The notes: generated by a model not told the origin, from the letters alone. DNA of 64,000 nucleotides from Verrucomicrobiota bacterium (GCA_050010435.1 JBEKKZ010000008.1:5511-69510); one strand, 5' to 3'; shown: positions 8,144 through 17,967, numbered from the stretch's first letter. Translations and numbers: made by a program.

Positions 8144-9726
8144 GGGTTTTTACCTTTTGCCTGGCGTGGTGGCGACATGAAAATGGAAAGGTTGGGCTTG
8201 TCCCACTCGTGCCAGATGATATCCGACAATCCATCGCCGTTCAGGTCCTGGATTTCAATATAGCCGTGCGTCGGCACGTCGAAAGTCATGGCAGGTTGCG
8301 ACGCGAACCAGCGTCCGTTCGTCGTGCTGAGAAAAATGTTCCATTGAGTGTCCGAGCGTCTGACCAGAAGATCGAGACGGCCGTCGCCATTGAAGTCTCC
8401 TTGAACCAGGAACGGCCACCCGGCCAAAACTTCCGATGGCAGGATTCCCGTCACCGGCACGGACGCGTCCGGGCTGCGGGAAAAGGCGCCGTTATGGAAC
8501 GACCGGATCGTGAGCGCCCAATCCAATCCGTGTGAGACCACCGTTTCCACCAGTCCGCTCTCGGAGATAATGCGGGTCTTCATTTCGAGCAGAACCAGTT
8601 CGCATACACCATCGCCATCCAGATCATGCACGGGCGACCGCTTTTTCGTGGAACCGATGGGAATCGGGAACCCGCGACAGTGCAGCACTTGCGTCGGCTG
8701 CTCGGGCAACTTTTGGTCCGCGCCGCGCAGGAAGATATAAACGTCGGTTTTGAAATCCAGCTTGCCGCCGGCCTGCCACAGAATCAGGTCTTCCCGGCCA
8801 TCGCCATCCACATCCACGCGGTCCAGTTGTGGCGGACTCGCGGCGGTGGTTTTTTTCATGTCGGCGATGATCTTCCGGATGACTTCATTCTCCGGCTCCT
8901 TGTCCCGCGCCTGCTCCGGTTGGGCGCGAAACGATTGTTCAACGTCCAGGCTGTGCGCGGGATTGGGTCCCAACGCCCAAAAGTCGCGCCACAGGTAGCG
9001 GTTGACGTGCCAGGCCGTTTGTTTCACGTCGAGGGCCAGCGGCGGTCCGGGGCTCCATTCATAAGCGCTGTTCCGATGGTACAGCACGGTCTGCCCCGCG
9101 GAAATCACCGGGATTAAATCGTTCGTTCCGGTTTTGTTCGTGTTCAGCAAAGTCAGGGTCGGCAGGTCGTAGTTGGTGAATCCCTGGCTCACCTCGATGA
9201 GCGGGTGTCGCTCCGATTCGAACAAGCCGGCGTTCTGCCGACAATAAAACAGCCCGGCGGCGGTGGACATCAGCAGTTCGAGGCCGGGATGCGCATCCAC
9301 GTCGCATGGGGCGACCCAGGCGGTTTGTGGCGGCAGGGGGATGACCTGATCGGGTGAGTTGGTGAAGCCGTCCGGGCGCTGGCGATAGTTCAAAAGTTTT
9401 TTCTCCACCGTATCAATTACGAGCAGATTGCAGCGGCCGTTCCCTTCAATATCAACAAAAAGCGGCGCACCGGCGTTGGCTGGGAGTGTGATCAACTGGG
9501 GCAACAGCACCACCGGCTCGGCCCAGCCAACATTCACCGCGAGGAACAGCAATAGAATGGCAGCGCAAACGGAGTGCGGCCGTCCCGGCCGCAGCGTTGG
9601 GAAACTTTGCGGGGGCGTGGAAGTTTCCTGAGCCTTCGCACTCACCTCGTTGCTGCGGCCCGGAGGGCCGCACTCCGGAAGCAGGAGGCTGCCAGCGCTG
9701 GTTTCAGGTTGTGGGAGGAAAAACAT
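8140..9726 (-). CDS. FG-GAP/VCBS-repeat protein (secreted or membrane-anchored)
   Basis: Repeated DxDGDG Ca-binding-type motifs: DVDGDGREDLILW, DLDGDGVCELVLL, DFNGDGRLDLLV, DLNGDGLSDIIW. N-terminal hydrophobic segment. Its stop overlaps the start of the ATPase gene. Confidence 0.75.
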   Translation of the reverse strand: MFFLPQPETSAGSLLLPECGPPGRSNEVSAKAQETSTPPQSFPTLRPGRPHSVCAAILLLFLAVNVGWAEPVVLLPQLITLPANAGAPLFVDIEGNGRCNLLVIDTVEKKLLNYRQRPDGFTNSPDQVIPLPPQTAWVAPCDVDAHPGLELLMSTAAGLFYCRQNAGLFESERHPLIEVSQGFTNYDLPTLTLLNTNKTGTNDLIPVISAGQTVLYHRNSAYEWSPGPPLALDVKQTAWHVNRYLWRDFWALGPNPAHSLDVEQSFRAQPEQARDKEPENEVIRKIIADMKKTTAASPPQLDRVDVDGDGREDLILWQAGGKLDFKTDVYIFLRGADQKLPEQPTQVLHCRGFPIPIGSTKKRSPVHDLDGDGVCELVLLEMKTRIISESGLVETVVSHGLDWALTIRSFHNGAFSRSPDASVPVTGILPSEVLAGWPFLVQGDFNGDGRLDLLVRRSDTQWNIFLSTTNGRWFASQPAMTFDVPTHGYIEIQDLNGDGLSDIIWHEWDKPNLSIFMSPPRQAKGKNP

Positions 9727-9729
9727 GGG

Positions 9730-11358
9730 TTATTTCTGGCTGATGAATATGCGAAAGCCCTTTTGTTTTGCCAGTTTCACGATCAGATCACTGACGCCAT
9801 CGTTGTTCAGGTCCGTGACCTGCCATTCATCAATCGGTTCCGGGCAACTGAACCGCAGGTCCGGTTCCGGGCTGAACCCTTTCTCCCGCGAAACAAAGGA
9901 GTAAACCGAGATCGCATCACTGTGGTCTCGCACCAGCAAATCCGTTTTGCCATCCCCGTTAAAATCGCCGCCGAGTTTGACGTAGCGCCCGAAATATTCG
10001 GGCAGATCCTCCTGCATCTCGGCTCGGTCCAGATGGATGACCACGTCACGTTGACAGTCCGCTTCTTGTGGAAAGCCAATGCCGGGCCGGTAGAAGTAAA
10101 ACCGGAGATTGTAATCGAGCTTTTTGGAGGTGATCATCTTGCGAAGGCCCTCCTTGTCCTCGATGTGACTGTAGCCCAACACCAGGTCTGGAAAACCATC
10201 GCCATCCACGTCCACCACCGGCACCGCGGGCGTCCAGTCGTTCTTGCGAAAGACCTGTTGCGGTTCGGCCGGAATCCGGCCGTGCTCGTCGGCAATATAA
10301 GTGCTCACCAGCACTTTGCCGGAAGGAACTGCTGGTATGAATGAAGGCTCGTTCAGCCAGAGGCCCTTGATCAGATCCACCTTGCCGTCACGGTTCAGAT
10401 CGGCCCAGCAAAGCCATGAGAACGGTTCCACCTTATCCGCGTACGTTAACGCCGGTCCAAGAGCAAACAGTCCATTGGTCTGCTGCAGGTAAAGGCTGTA
10501 GGTGTTGGTCCAGCCATTACTGCGCCTGACCATCAGATCATCACGTCCGTCGCCATTGACGTCGCCCACGCTCAGGTCGAATTCAAACGACGTGGTATAT
10601 CCGGGATTAGCCACTGACGGCCACAGGCCGGCATCGATGGCCTGGCCGATGACTTGTGCCTGACGCCACTCGTCGCGATGTTGCCCGTCCTCCGTAGTCC
10701 CGATGAAATTGGGACGGAGGATGGACCAGACCTGAAGTCCGTCCACCGCCGGCACCAGCAGCAGCGGCCAGTCGCGGCCGGTTTCGACCGACAACGGAAG
10801 GTACATCGCGTTCGTGCCTTCCGCCGCATCCATCGCCTCCGGAACAATCGTGGCTTGCCTGATGATTTGCCGGATGGCGGGAGGACCGGTTCGATTGGTA
10901 AAACAAAGCTCAGTCACTCCGTCGCTGGTCATGACGAGCAAACTCTCGGCCGGCTTGCCCAGTTTGGCCGCCCAGACCAGACACGGCCGGGGCTCGAGAC
11001 GATAGGTTTGTTGCGGTTCGCGAGTGAAGCCGCGTTTGGGATCCTGGTAGAAGATGGATAGATTGGTATCGTCCATCAGAACCAGATCCTTGAGACCGTC
11101 ACCGTCCAGATCGCAGATCATCAACTGCTGGCATGGGCCGGCGATTTCACTGGCGTTGAACTTCGGTTTAGCCTGAGCCGATGAGCAGGCCAGAAGGGAA
11201 AGGCTCAACAGGACTAGCGGGAGTCTTCTCAGCTCCCATCCTCCGTAGCCGTGGCGGTAAGGGCGGGCCGACGCTTCAAGGGCGTCACTGGGAAGGGTGG
11301 ATGCGTCGTCGGCAGCAGCACTGCGGAGGGTGGATGACCTCGCTTCGTTTTGCTTCAT
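9730..11358 (-). CDS. FG-GAP/VCBS-repeat protein with signal peptide
   Basis: ORF 9730..11697. The upstream part of the ORF runs through REP sequence, so the start was moved to ATG 11358 (MKQNEA...RRLPLVLLSLSLLACSSAQA). Motifs DLDGDGLKDLVL, DVNGDGRDDLMV, DLNRDGKVDLI, DVDGDGFPDLVL, DFNGDGKTDLLV, DLNNDGVSDLIV. Confidence 0.75.
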   Translation of the reverse strand: MKQNEARSSTLRSAAADDASTLPSDALEASARPYRHGYGGWELRRLPLVLLSLSLLACSSAQAKPKFNASEIAGPCQQLMICDLDGDGLKDLVLMDDTNLSIFYQDPKRGFTREPQQTYRLEPRPCLVWAAKLGKPAESLLVMTSDGVTELCFTNRTGPPAIRQIIRQATIVPEAMDAAEGTNAMYLPLSVETGRDWPLLLVPAVDGLQVWSILRPNFIGTTEDGQHRDEWRQAQVIGQAIDAGLWPSVANPGYTTSFEFDLSVGDVNGDGRDDLMVRRSNGWTNTYSLYLQQTNGLFALGPALTYADKVEPFSWLCWADLNRDGKVDLIKGLWLNEPSFIPAVPSGKVLVSTYIADEHGRIPAEPQQVFRKNDWTPAVPVVDVDGDGFPDLVLGYSHIEDKEGLRKMITSKKLDYNLRFYFYRPGIGFPQEADCQRDVVIHLDRAEMQEDLPEYFGRYVKLGGDFNGDGKTDLLVRDHSDAISVYSFVSREKGFSPEPDLRFSCPEPIDEWQVTDLNNDGVSDLIVKLAKQKGFRIFISQK

Positions 11359-11659
11359 TTCGAGAATATTTGACCAGACCAGACGGCATTCGTCACGCGG
11401 CTGAACAGCCGCGAAAAATGTTGACCTGCGGCTGGGGCTTTGTCCAGTGTCGGAAACCAGACGTGGCCGCTCCGACGCAAACATTTTAACCACGGATCCC
11501 GCAGAGCGGGACGGATTCACACGGATTGGGCTGGGGAAAAGAATATTCCACACGGTTTTCAAAATTTGATTTTTTGTGAGTTGCTTTTCTCGTTGAAACA
11601 TCGCCTTTTTATCCGTGTCCATCCGTGGTTTCAACAGTTGGCAGCGAATCAAAGCTGCC

Positions 11660-11733
11660 CTGGCTGAAAAGACCGGAATTCCCACCAGACCGGCCAATGG
11701 CCGCCCGACCCGTAGCGCCAGATGGCATCAGCC
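11660..11733 (+). repeat. ~75-bp repeat element, copy 2
   Basis: ctggctgaaaagaccggaattcccaccagaccggccaatggccgcccgacccgtagcgccagatggcatcagcc. Same orientation as the 5926-6000 copy. Confidence 0.7.
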
Positions 11734-11922
11734 GTGTTGCTGCGTGGATCCGCGGCGCACCATCGCGTGAGATACGCGACGCTGCAATTAATTCAACTTG
11801 GACAGTTCGGCTTCCGCCTTCGCCAAGGCTACGATGGACAGGTCGATGGACAGATCGCGGGTCTTGGCCTGCACGACGCCCTTGCCCGGTCGGGATGACC
11901 GGAAAAAAGCTCGCGCGGTTGC

Positions 11923-12522
11923 GTGAAAAGGTGCAGAGGTTTATCCGAAAACATGAGCCGGGAACAGCCCATGTCACCACCAACGAAATCTTTGATCATG
12001 AACACCAGTTTTCAAAACACGTTCGAGACCATGGAAGCCGGCGAACTCCGGCGCTATCTGGAGTTCCTGCTGTGGCATTACAAAGTGGCGGACGCCTTTT
12101 GGTTCATCTACGCCACCGAACGCTTCGGCCAGGGCGTCGCCGAGCAATTGAATGAGCAGGTCTGGGGTCGCGTGGGCGGCATGGCGGCCAAAGAATTGGT
12201 GGCGCGATTCCAGATTCAGGAGAAAGGCCTGAAGGGATTCGTGCGCGCGCTCAAGTTGTATCCCTGGACGATTTTGATCGGATACCAAATCCAGGAATCG
12301 GAGCACGAAGTGGTGCTTACGGTCCCATCCTGTCCCAGCCAGGAAGCGCGGTTGAAGCGCGGATTGGGGGAATATGCGTGCAAGGAAATGCACCGCGCGG
12401 AATTCGAAAGTTTTGCCCGGGCCATTGACGACCGGATTCGCGTGTCCTGTGTCTTCGCCCCGCCGGACCCGCACCCCAAAGAAGCCTTCTGCCAATGGCG
12501 GTTCGTGCTGGAGGCCACGTAA
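11923..12522 (+). CDS. Hypothetical cytosolic protein (possibly ATC-hydrolase-like/DUF6125-like)
   Basis: Clean 199-aa ORF. The start is uncertain; alternative ATGs are at 11953, 11971 and 11998. Motifs [19 protein letters not shown] and [22 protein letters not shown]. The family assignment is from memory only. Confidence 0.45.
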   Translation: MKRCRGLSENMSREQPMSPPTKSLIMNTSFQNTFETMEAGELRRYLEFLLWHYKVADAFWFIYATERFGQGVAEQLNEQVWGRVGGMAAKELVARFQIQEKGLKGFVRALKLYPWTILIGYQIQESEHEVVLTVPSCPSQEARLKRGLGEYACKEMHRAEFESFARAIDDRIRVSCVFAPPDPHPKEAFCQWRFVLEAT

Positions 12523-12654
12523 AGCTCTGCGCCACGTGGCAGGGATAAACCGACGGCGGCGCGTTTTTGCCCGTCCCTTGGCGCGGCGAAGTGTAACGAA
12601 GACGGCTCGTTCTCGAATTTTCCGGACGTGGATTTTATACCAATCCCCTGAGAC

Positions 12655-12797
12655 CATGCCCTGCCGCGCCGCCCAAACTTCCACCAGAACGAGCGGAGCA
12701 ATGTTCTCGCGTGCGTAGTGCGTAGCCCCATGGTTCCGCCAGCATGGCTGCGCTGGCTGGCGGTGAGATTGGGGCAAACCGGCAGGTTTGCCCTACC
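12655..12797 (-). repeat. GGTAGGGC-family REP/MITE-like element (minus orientation; left boundary approximate)
   Basis: The reverse complement begins ggtagggcaaacctgccggtttgcc. It then follows the same hairpin order as 6971-7098: gccagc..gctggc, aacgagcg, gggcgg. Confidence 0.55.
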
Positions 12798-12852
12798 ATC
12801 GTTGGTGGTTGTGTCAGTTGCACCCGGCGCTCATTCACCGGCCACGTTCAAC

Positions 12853-12881
12853 TTTACATGCCAGCATTGCGGCCATAATCT
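12853..12881 (+). promoter_or_regulatory. Sigma70-like promoter of lipoprotein paralog 2
   Basis: Same TTTACA...CATAAT/TAATCT block as 4998-5026. ATG at 12888. Confidence 0.45.
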
Positions 12882-12887
12882 CAGCGC

Positions 12888-13649
12888 ATGGCCAACGCGG
12901 CTCAACTTTTGAGGCGTTTCGCATTTTGCCCGGTGCTCGCCTGTTTTCTTGGCGCGCTGCTGTTCGTCAGTTGCGGGAAGCAATCCTCCGCGCCCGAAAG
13001 TCAGCCCACCGCGGCCACCAATGCCGCGCCGCCGCCGCCGAAGATGGCCGGCCCAGGCCCTAATGAGAAGGTCTGCTTCGAGTGCAGAGGGAAAGGCACG
13101 GTGGCTTGTCTCATGCCCGGGTGCACCAATGGCGAGGTGGATTGTCCGGGACCTTGTCTCAAACTGTCAAAGGGTGCGTGGATACACATGACCGTGGCCG
13201 GACATGATCCAAAGGAATTGTGGCAGAAATTTCCGAATAAGAATGGCCAGGGGGGATATCAAGCCTGGAACCAGGATCATGTCGGCGAGGTCATCGTGTA
13301 CAAAAATGGCGTGGCGGTGAATATCGGCAAGTGCAAGGTCTGCGGTGGCACCGGCAAGGTGACGTGCAATGTTTGCAAGGGAACGGGAAGGCAAACCTGT
13401 CCGGTTTGCAACGGAACAAAATTTGTTCCGCTCGCCTGGACGCCCACGAATAATCCGTGGTTCAACAGTCAGCCCGATCTGATACGGCTCAAGGACGGAC
13501 GGGTGCTTCTGGGCCGGGTGGCGGTGGCGATTGGCGAAGAGAGAACGATCATAACGCGCGACAAACAAATCCTGCACGTGAAAGCCCCGGACATCCTGCC
13601 CAAGCCGGATACCAACTCTCCCGCAGCCAAAACTTCGTCTTCAAAATGA
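12888..13649 (+). CDS. Lipoprotein with a DnaJ-type cysteine-rich zinc-finger-like domain, paralog 2
   Basis: Lipobox LLFVSC. Motifs CFECRGKG, CKVCGGTG, CNVCKGTG and CPVCNGTK. Collinear with 5033..5779. Confidence 0.75.
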   Translation: MANAAQLLRRFAFCPVLACFLGALLFVSCGKQSSAPESQPTAATNAAPPPPKMAGPGPNEKVCFECRGKGTVACLMPGCTNGEVDCPGPCLKLSKGAWIHMTVAGHDPKELWQKFPNKNGQGGYQAWNQDHVGEVIVYKNGVAVNIGKCKVCGGTGKVTCNVCKGTGRQTCPVCNGTKFVPLAWTPTNNPWFNSQPDLIRLKDGRVLLGRVAVAIGEERTIITRDKQILHVKAPDILPKPDTNSPAAKTSSSK

Positions 13650-13926
13650 TCGCGCGTGCCGGCGCGGGCTCCGTGAACGCAGCTTGACACTGTCCCCGGA
13701 GCGCGAGTTGTCTCAACTCGCAGCAATCGCCTCGGGGGGAACCGGCTGATGGAAAAGATCAAACACCCAAGGCGCTTTCGGGAGTGCTGCGGTTTGGGAC
13801 AAACCGCGCTCCGCATCAGACCGAGTCCTGGTCGGAGGAACAGTGCCCGGATGCGCCCGGACTCCGTGAACGCTTGCGGAACAGATTGCCAGAACGGCGG
13901 CCAAATAATAGTTTGGGCCGGAGCCC

Positions 13927-14403
13927 ATGCCCGGCAATGACAGCACCATGCCAGAGAACATAGAGCCAGAACTGACCTTGGAGCAGTTGCGCACGCTGCT
14001 TCCCCCCGTCGAAATGGATTTCGACACGCCGGAAGGAGCCATTCTCTGTTTGGAGGACGCCTGCCGCCGGCAGAACATCGAATCCGCCTGCGTCTGCAAG
14101 AATTTCATGATCGAGGGAACGCTGAAGCTGCTGGACCTCGACCCAAACCTGGCGCGCGACCCGGAGTTCCGGAAGAAGAACGCCCTGCTTTTGGAGCGGA
14201 CTTACCGGAAGGCAACCACGGAGTCCTGGCCTGACCTCAAGGGCGTGGAAAGTTTTTTCATTGACCGTCAGCTTTACACCGACGGCATCGTGATGGTGAC
14301 GGAGCTTCACCGGTTACGGGACGGCACGTTCAACCAGCTCAAACTGCTCGTGGCAAAAACCAAGGACGGCTGGAAGGTGCTTAATCCGATATCGGATGAC
14401 TAG
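13927..14403 (+). CDS. Hypothetical protein
   Basis: 158-aa ORF with no strong competing ORF. No recognisable motif. Confidence 0.4.
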   Translation: MPGNDSTMPENIEPELTLEQLRTLLPPVEMDFDTPEGAILCLEDACRRQNIESACVCKNFMIEGTLKLLDLDPNLARDPEFRKKNALLLERTYRKATTESWPDLKGVESFFIDRQLYTDGIVMVTELHRLRDGTFNQLKLLVAKTKDGWKVLNPISDD

Positions 14404-14495
14404 GACTGAATGCAGCGTCGAGCCTGTGGCCCGATATGTTAGCGGAGCAGATTCGTGCCCATTCGTGAAATTCGCGTCCCGTCTCCGGCCGGTTC

Positions 14496-15359
14496 TCAAC
14501 CGTAGTAATCCAGCACGAAGGTTTGTTTGGTGATCGGGGGACGAACATATCCTTTGTCAGTCGGGCGTTGGGGCAATTGGATCGGTTTCGGAGTCAGGTC
14601 CTTGTAGGGTATCTGTTCGAGCAGGTGTCGAATGCAATTGAGCCGGGCGCGTTTCTTGTTGTCCGCATTGACCACGTACCAGGGAGATTGCTTGATGTCG
14701 GTATGGGCCATCATTTCATCTTTGGCCCGTGAATAATCCTGCCAGCGCCGGCGCGACTCGAGGTCCATCGGACTGAGCTTCCAATGTTTGGTGGGATCGT
14801 GAATGCGGGACTGGAACCGCCGTTCCTGTTCTTCGTTGCTCACGGAGAACCAGTATTTGATCAGGATGATCCCCGACCGGATCAGCATGCATTCGAACTC
14901 CGGACAGGAGTGGAGAAACTCCTGATATTCGGCCCCGGTGCAAAAGCCCATCACCCGCTCCACCCCGGCCCGGTTGTACCAACTGCGGTCAAACAACACC
15001 ATCTCCCCCGCCGCGGGAAGGTGGGGAGCATAGCGTTGGAAGTACCATTGCGTTTTCTCCTTTTCGGTGGGGGTCCCCAAAGCGACGACGCGGCAGATGC
15101 GCGGGTTCATCCGCTGGCTGATCCGTTTGATGGTGCCGCCTTTGCCGGCGGCGTCGCGCCCCTCGAAAATAACCACGACTTTAAGGTTCTTGTGCTTGAT
15201 CCATTCCTGCAGCTTGACCAGTTCGATTTGCAGCCGCTTCAATTCCTTCCGGTAGAGCTTGTTTTTGATTTTGTGCGGTTTTTCACCGGGCGCGGTGGCC
15301 GGCCGGCCGGCCCCGGCATCGCCTGACGGTTTCGCGCTCGTGTCTTTTTTCCTTGTCAT
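14496..15359 (-). CDS. ppk2: Polyphosphate kinase 2 (PPK2 family)
   Basis: ORF 14496..15395; probable start is ATG 15359 (MTRKKD). PPK2 Walker A-like VVVIFEGRDAAGKGGTIKRI, then FDRSWYNRAGVERVMGF and KHWKLSPMD. Confidence 0.9.
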   Translation of the reverse strand: MTRKKDTSAKPSGDAGAGRPATAPGEKPHKIKNKLYRKELKRLQIELVKLQEWIKHKNLKVVVIFEGRDAAGKGGTIKRISQRMNPRICRVVALGTPTEKEKTQWYFQRYAPHLPAAGEMVLFDRSWYNRAGVERVMGFCTGAEYQEFLHSCPEFECMLIRSGIILIKYWFSVSNEEQERRFQSRIHDPTKHWKLSPMDLESRRRWQDYSRAKDEMMAHTDIKQSPWYVVNADNKKRARLNCIRHLLEQIPYKDLTPKPIQLPQRPTDKGYVRPPITKQTFVLDYYG

Positions 15360-15627
15360 GGCGCCTTTCCCGAAACCGGTGCTGGTTTCAACCAAGCCGG
15401 CACCGCTTCAACTCTTTTTGAATTTCCACGCCGAATCGAGCATCTCCTTCGTAAGAATGAATGTTATTGGTTCACGTTTGTTTGGTTGCGAACGGCTTGA
15501 ATCACCCGCATGCGAAACCCGCAAAAGTTGTAGCACCAGCCCGGACATTGTCAGCAACAATTTACATAATGCCAAAACACCCTTTTGGTTCACCCGCCGT
15601 TGGCGTGACCATGACAAGGAGAAGACT

Positions 15628-16194
15628 TCAATGCTTCACTTCACAACAAGAACCGGAGGCACAGCCTGACTTTTGGTTCCACGGCAGCTTCGCCAGCAGC
15701 AGGCCCATGCCGCACCAGTCGGTGACGCCGGCAAAAACGAGTCCCGCGCCCACAAACGCCGAAAGTCCGAAAAATCCGCCGTGCACCAACCAGCCGAGCA
15801 ATACCCCGATCAGCACCAGCGAGCCGGCGGCAATGCGCACCTGGCGTTCGAGGCTGATGACCCTGGCGGCGCCGCGGGTCACCGGCAGTCCGGCCTCAAT
15901 CCACGCCTGCGTGCCGCCTTCGACGATGATGCCTTGATCGAATCCTTCCCGGGTGAACTGTTCCGCCGCCTTGGTGGCGCGTCCGCCCGAACGGCAAAGG
16001 AGATAAACCGGCTGGCCTTTGGGCAGTTGGCCCGCGTCGAACAGCGCCTTCGGCGAAAGTTTATCGAGCGGCACATTGCGCGCCTGCGGGACATGCACCT
16101 CCGCGTATTCCACGAGCGTGCGGACATCCAGCAATGGCAGGCCGGGTTGGGCGGCCAGAAGTTTTTGGAGTTCAGCCGGAGCGATGGTTTTCAT
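15628..16194 (-). CDS. Rhodanese-domain sulfurtransferase with a C-terminal YgaP/DUF2892-like membrane domain
   Basis: Rhodanese core with active-site loop LLCRSGGRATKAA, followed by two hydrophobic helices (VLIGVLLGWLV; GAGLVFAGVTDWCGM). Confidence 0.8.
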   Translation of the reverse strand: MKTIAPAELQKLLAAQPGLPLLDVRTLVEYAEVHVPQARNVPLDKLSPKALFDAGQLPKGQPVYLLCRSGGRATKAAEQFTREGFDQGIIVEGGTQAWIEAGLPVTRGAARVISLERQVRIAAGSLVLIGVLLGWLVHGGFFGLSAFVGAGLVFAGVTDWCGMGLLLAKLPWNQKSGCASGSCCEVKH

Positions 16195-16298
16195 ATCAGT
16201 GGCGGCAATATATCATTTTTGCGCGGCAAGTGAAGTTGGATTGGCAGGGACGGGCCGCCGAGACAATCTCCGCCGGCTCATCCGGACGTGCGGGCCGC

Positions 16299-16350
16299 GC
16301 GCATTTGAAGGTGGCCGATCTCGAACATTCGTTCGCGTTTTATCAGGACG
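16299..16350 (+). pseudogene. N-terminal remnant of a VOC/glyoxalase-family gene
   Basis: 16301-16326 (gcatttgaaggtggccgatctcgaac) is identical to 17525-17550 of the intact VOC gene. It encodes HLKVADLEHSFAFYQD versus HLKVADLERAMGFYRD, and similarity ends after ~50 nt. Confidence 0.7.
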
Positions 16351-16416
16351 GCGATAATTCCAATGCTATAATGGCTCCGTGAACGGACGGTGATTGAAAA
16401 CAAAACCTGACCAACC

Positions 16417-17439
16417 ATGAAAGTTCTCTTCCTTGGCGGCACCGGCATCATCAGCACGGCCTGCACCCAACTGGCGGTGGCGCGCGGGTTTCACGTGACC
16501 CTGCTCAATCGCGCCCGGCGGGAGTCGTTGCCGGGCATACATCAGATCACCGCTGACATGGCCGATCCCGCTGCCACGGCGACGGCGATGGGTAACCAGC
16601 GATGGGACGCCGTGGTGGATTTCATCGCCTTTACCCCGGCGGAGATCGGGCAACGCATTGCGCTCTTCCGGGGTCGCGCCGGCCAATACGTTTTCATCAG
16701 CTCGGCCAGCGCCTATCAGAAGCCGCTCGCGCATTACCTCATCACCGAGTCCACGCCGCTGGCGAACCCGTTCTGGGATTATTCGCGGAACAAGGCTGCT
16801 GGTGAGGAACGCCTGCTGCGCGCGCTGCGCGAGGAAGCGTTTCCGGTGACGACGGTGCGTCCGTCGTTGACCTATGGAGACACGGTCGTGCCGCTGGCGG
16901 TGAACAGCTGGCTCAAGAGTTACACGGCCGTGGACCGGATGCGGCGGGGGAAGCCGGTGATTGTGCCCGGCGACGGGCTTTCGCTCTGGACCATCACTCA
17001 TAACAGTGATTTCGCCAAGGGGCTGGTCGGGCTGCTCGGCCAGCAAGGCGCGATCGGTCAAGCCTTCCAGATTACCTCCGACGAGGTCCTGACCTGGAAC
17101 CAGATTTATCAATTCACGGCGGAAGCGGCGGGCGTTCCGTCCCCCCGGTTGGTGCACATTGCCTCGGATTTCATCACCGCCTGTATTCCGGAAGATACGG
17201 GGACGTTGCTGGGCGACAAGTCGCACTCCGCCGTGTTCGACAACGCCAAGATCAAACGCTTCGTGCCCGATTTTGTCTGCACCACGCGATTCCGCGACGG
17301 CATCGCCCGCACCGTGGCCTGGTTTGACGCCGACCCGGTGCGCCGGCAGATTGATGATGAAGCCAGCGCCGCGTGGGATCGGCTGATTGCCGCCTATGAA
17401 CGCGGGCTTGAGACCGCCCGGCACGAGTTTGGGCATTGA
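16417..17439 (+). CDS. NAD-dependent epimerase/dehydratase (extended SDR family)
   Basis: N-terminal MKVLFLGGTGIISTA Rossmann motif; 340 aa. Confidence 0.85.
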   Translation: MKVLFLGGTGIISTACTQLAVARGFHVTLLNRARRESLPGIHQITADMADPAATATAMGNQRWDAVVDFIAFTPAEIGQRIALFRGRAGQYVFISSASAYQKPLAHYLITESTPLANPFWDYSRNKAAGEERLLRALREEAFPVTTVRPSLTYGDTVVPLAVNSWLKSYTAVDRMRRGKPVIVPGDGLSLWTITHNSDFAKGLVGLLGQQGAIGQAFQITSDEVLTWNQIYQFTAEAAGVPSPRLVHIASDFITACIPEDTGTLLGDKSHSAVFDNAKIKRFVPDFVCTTRFRDGIARTVAWFDADPVRRQIDDEASAAWDRLIAAYERGLETARHEFGH

Positions 17440-17475
17440 ATATTTGTTCCAAGGAAACACAACTCATGGAAAATC

Positions 17476-17967
17476 ATGGCTCATAACACTCCTCCGATTG
17501 ATTCAAAGGTCCGGATTGGCCACGTGCATTTGAAGGTGGCCGATCTCGAACGGGCGATGGGTTTCTATCGTGACGTGCTCGGCTTCGAACTGACACAGCG
17601 TTTTGGGCGGCAGGCGGCATTTGTCTCCGCCGGCGGTTATCATCATCACATCGGCCTCAACACTTGGGAAAGCGCGGGCGGTTCGCCGCCGCTGCCGGGC
17701 ATGACCGGTTTATATCACGTGGCGATTGTGTATCCGACCCGCGCGCTGCTGGCCGATGCGTTGCGTCGCGTGCTGGCGGCGGGGATTGAACTGGATGGAG
17801 CGTCAGATCACGGCGTGAGCGAAGCGCTTTATCTGCGCGACCCGGATGGCAACGGCGTGGAGCTTTATTGGGATCGTCCGCAGGAGCAATGGCCGCGCAC
17901 GCCCGACGGCGGCCTGGCGATGTTCACACGCACGCTGGACTTGAATGCGTTGCTCAAGGAAAAATGA
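17476..17967 (+). CDS. VOC (glyoxalase/bleomycin-resistance/extradiol dioxygenase) family protein
   Basis: IGHVHLKVADLERAMGFYRDVLGFEL, GGYHHHIGLNTWES, LYLRDPDGNGVELYWD. Confidence 0.85.
   Translation: MAHNTPPIDSKVRIGHVHLKVADLERAMGFYRDVLGFELTQRFGRQAAFVSAGGYHHHIGLNTWESAGGSPPLPGMTGLYHVAIVYPTRALLADALRRVLAAGIELDGASDHGVSEALYLRDPDGNGVELYWDRPQEQWPRTPDGGLAMFTRTLDLNALLKEK

Noticed and set aside
13660-13875. Direct repeat g.ccgg..ctccgtgaacgc (~13667 and ~13860) downstream of lipoprotein paralog 2.
   Set aside because: There are only about 15 matching nucleotides, with no associated ORF or structure. That is too weak to interpret.
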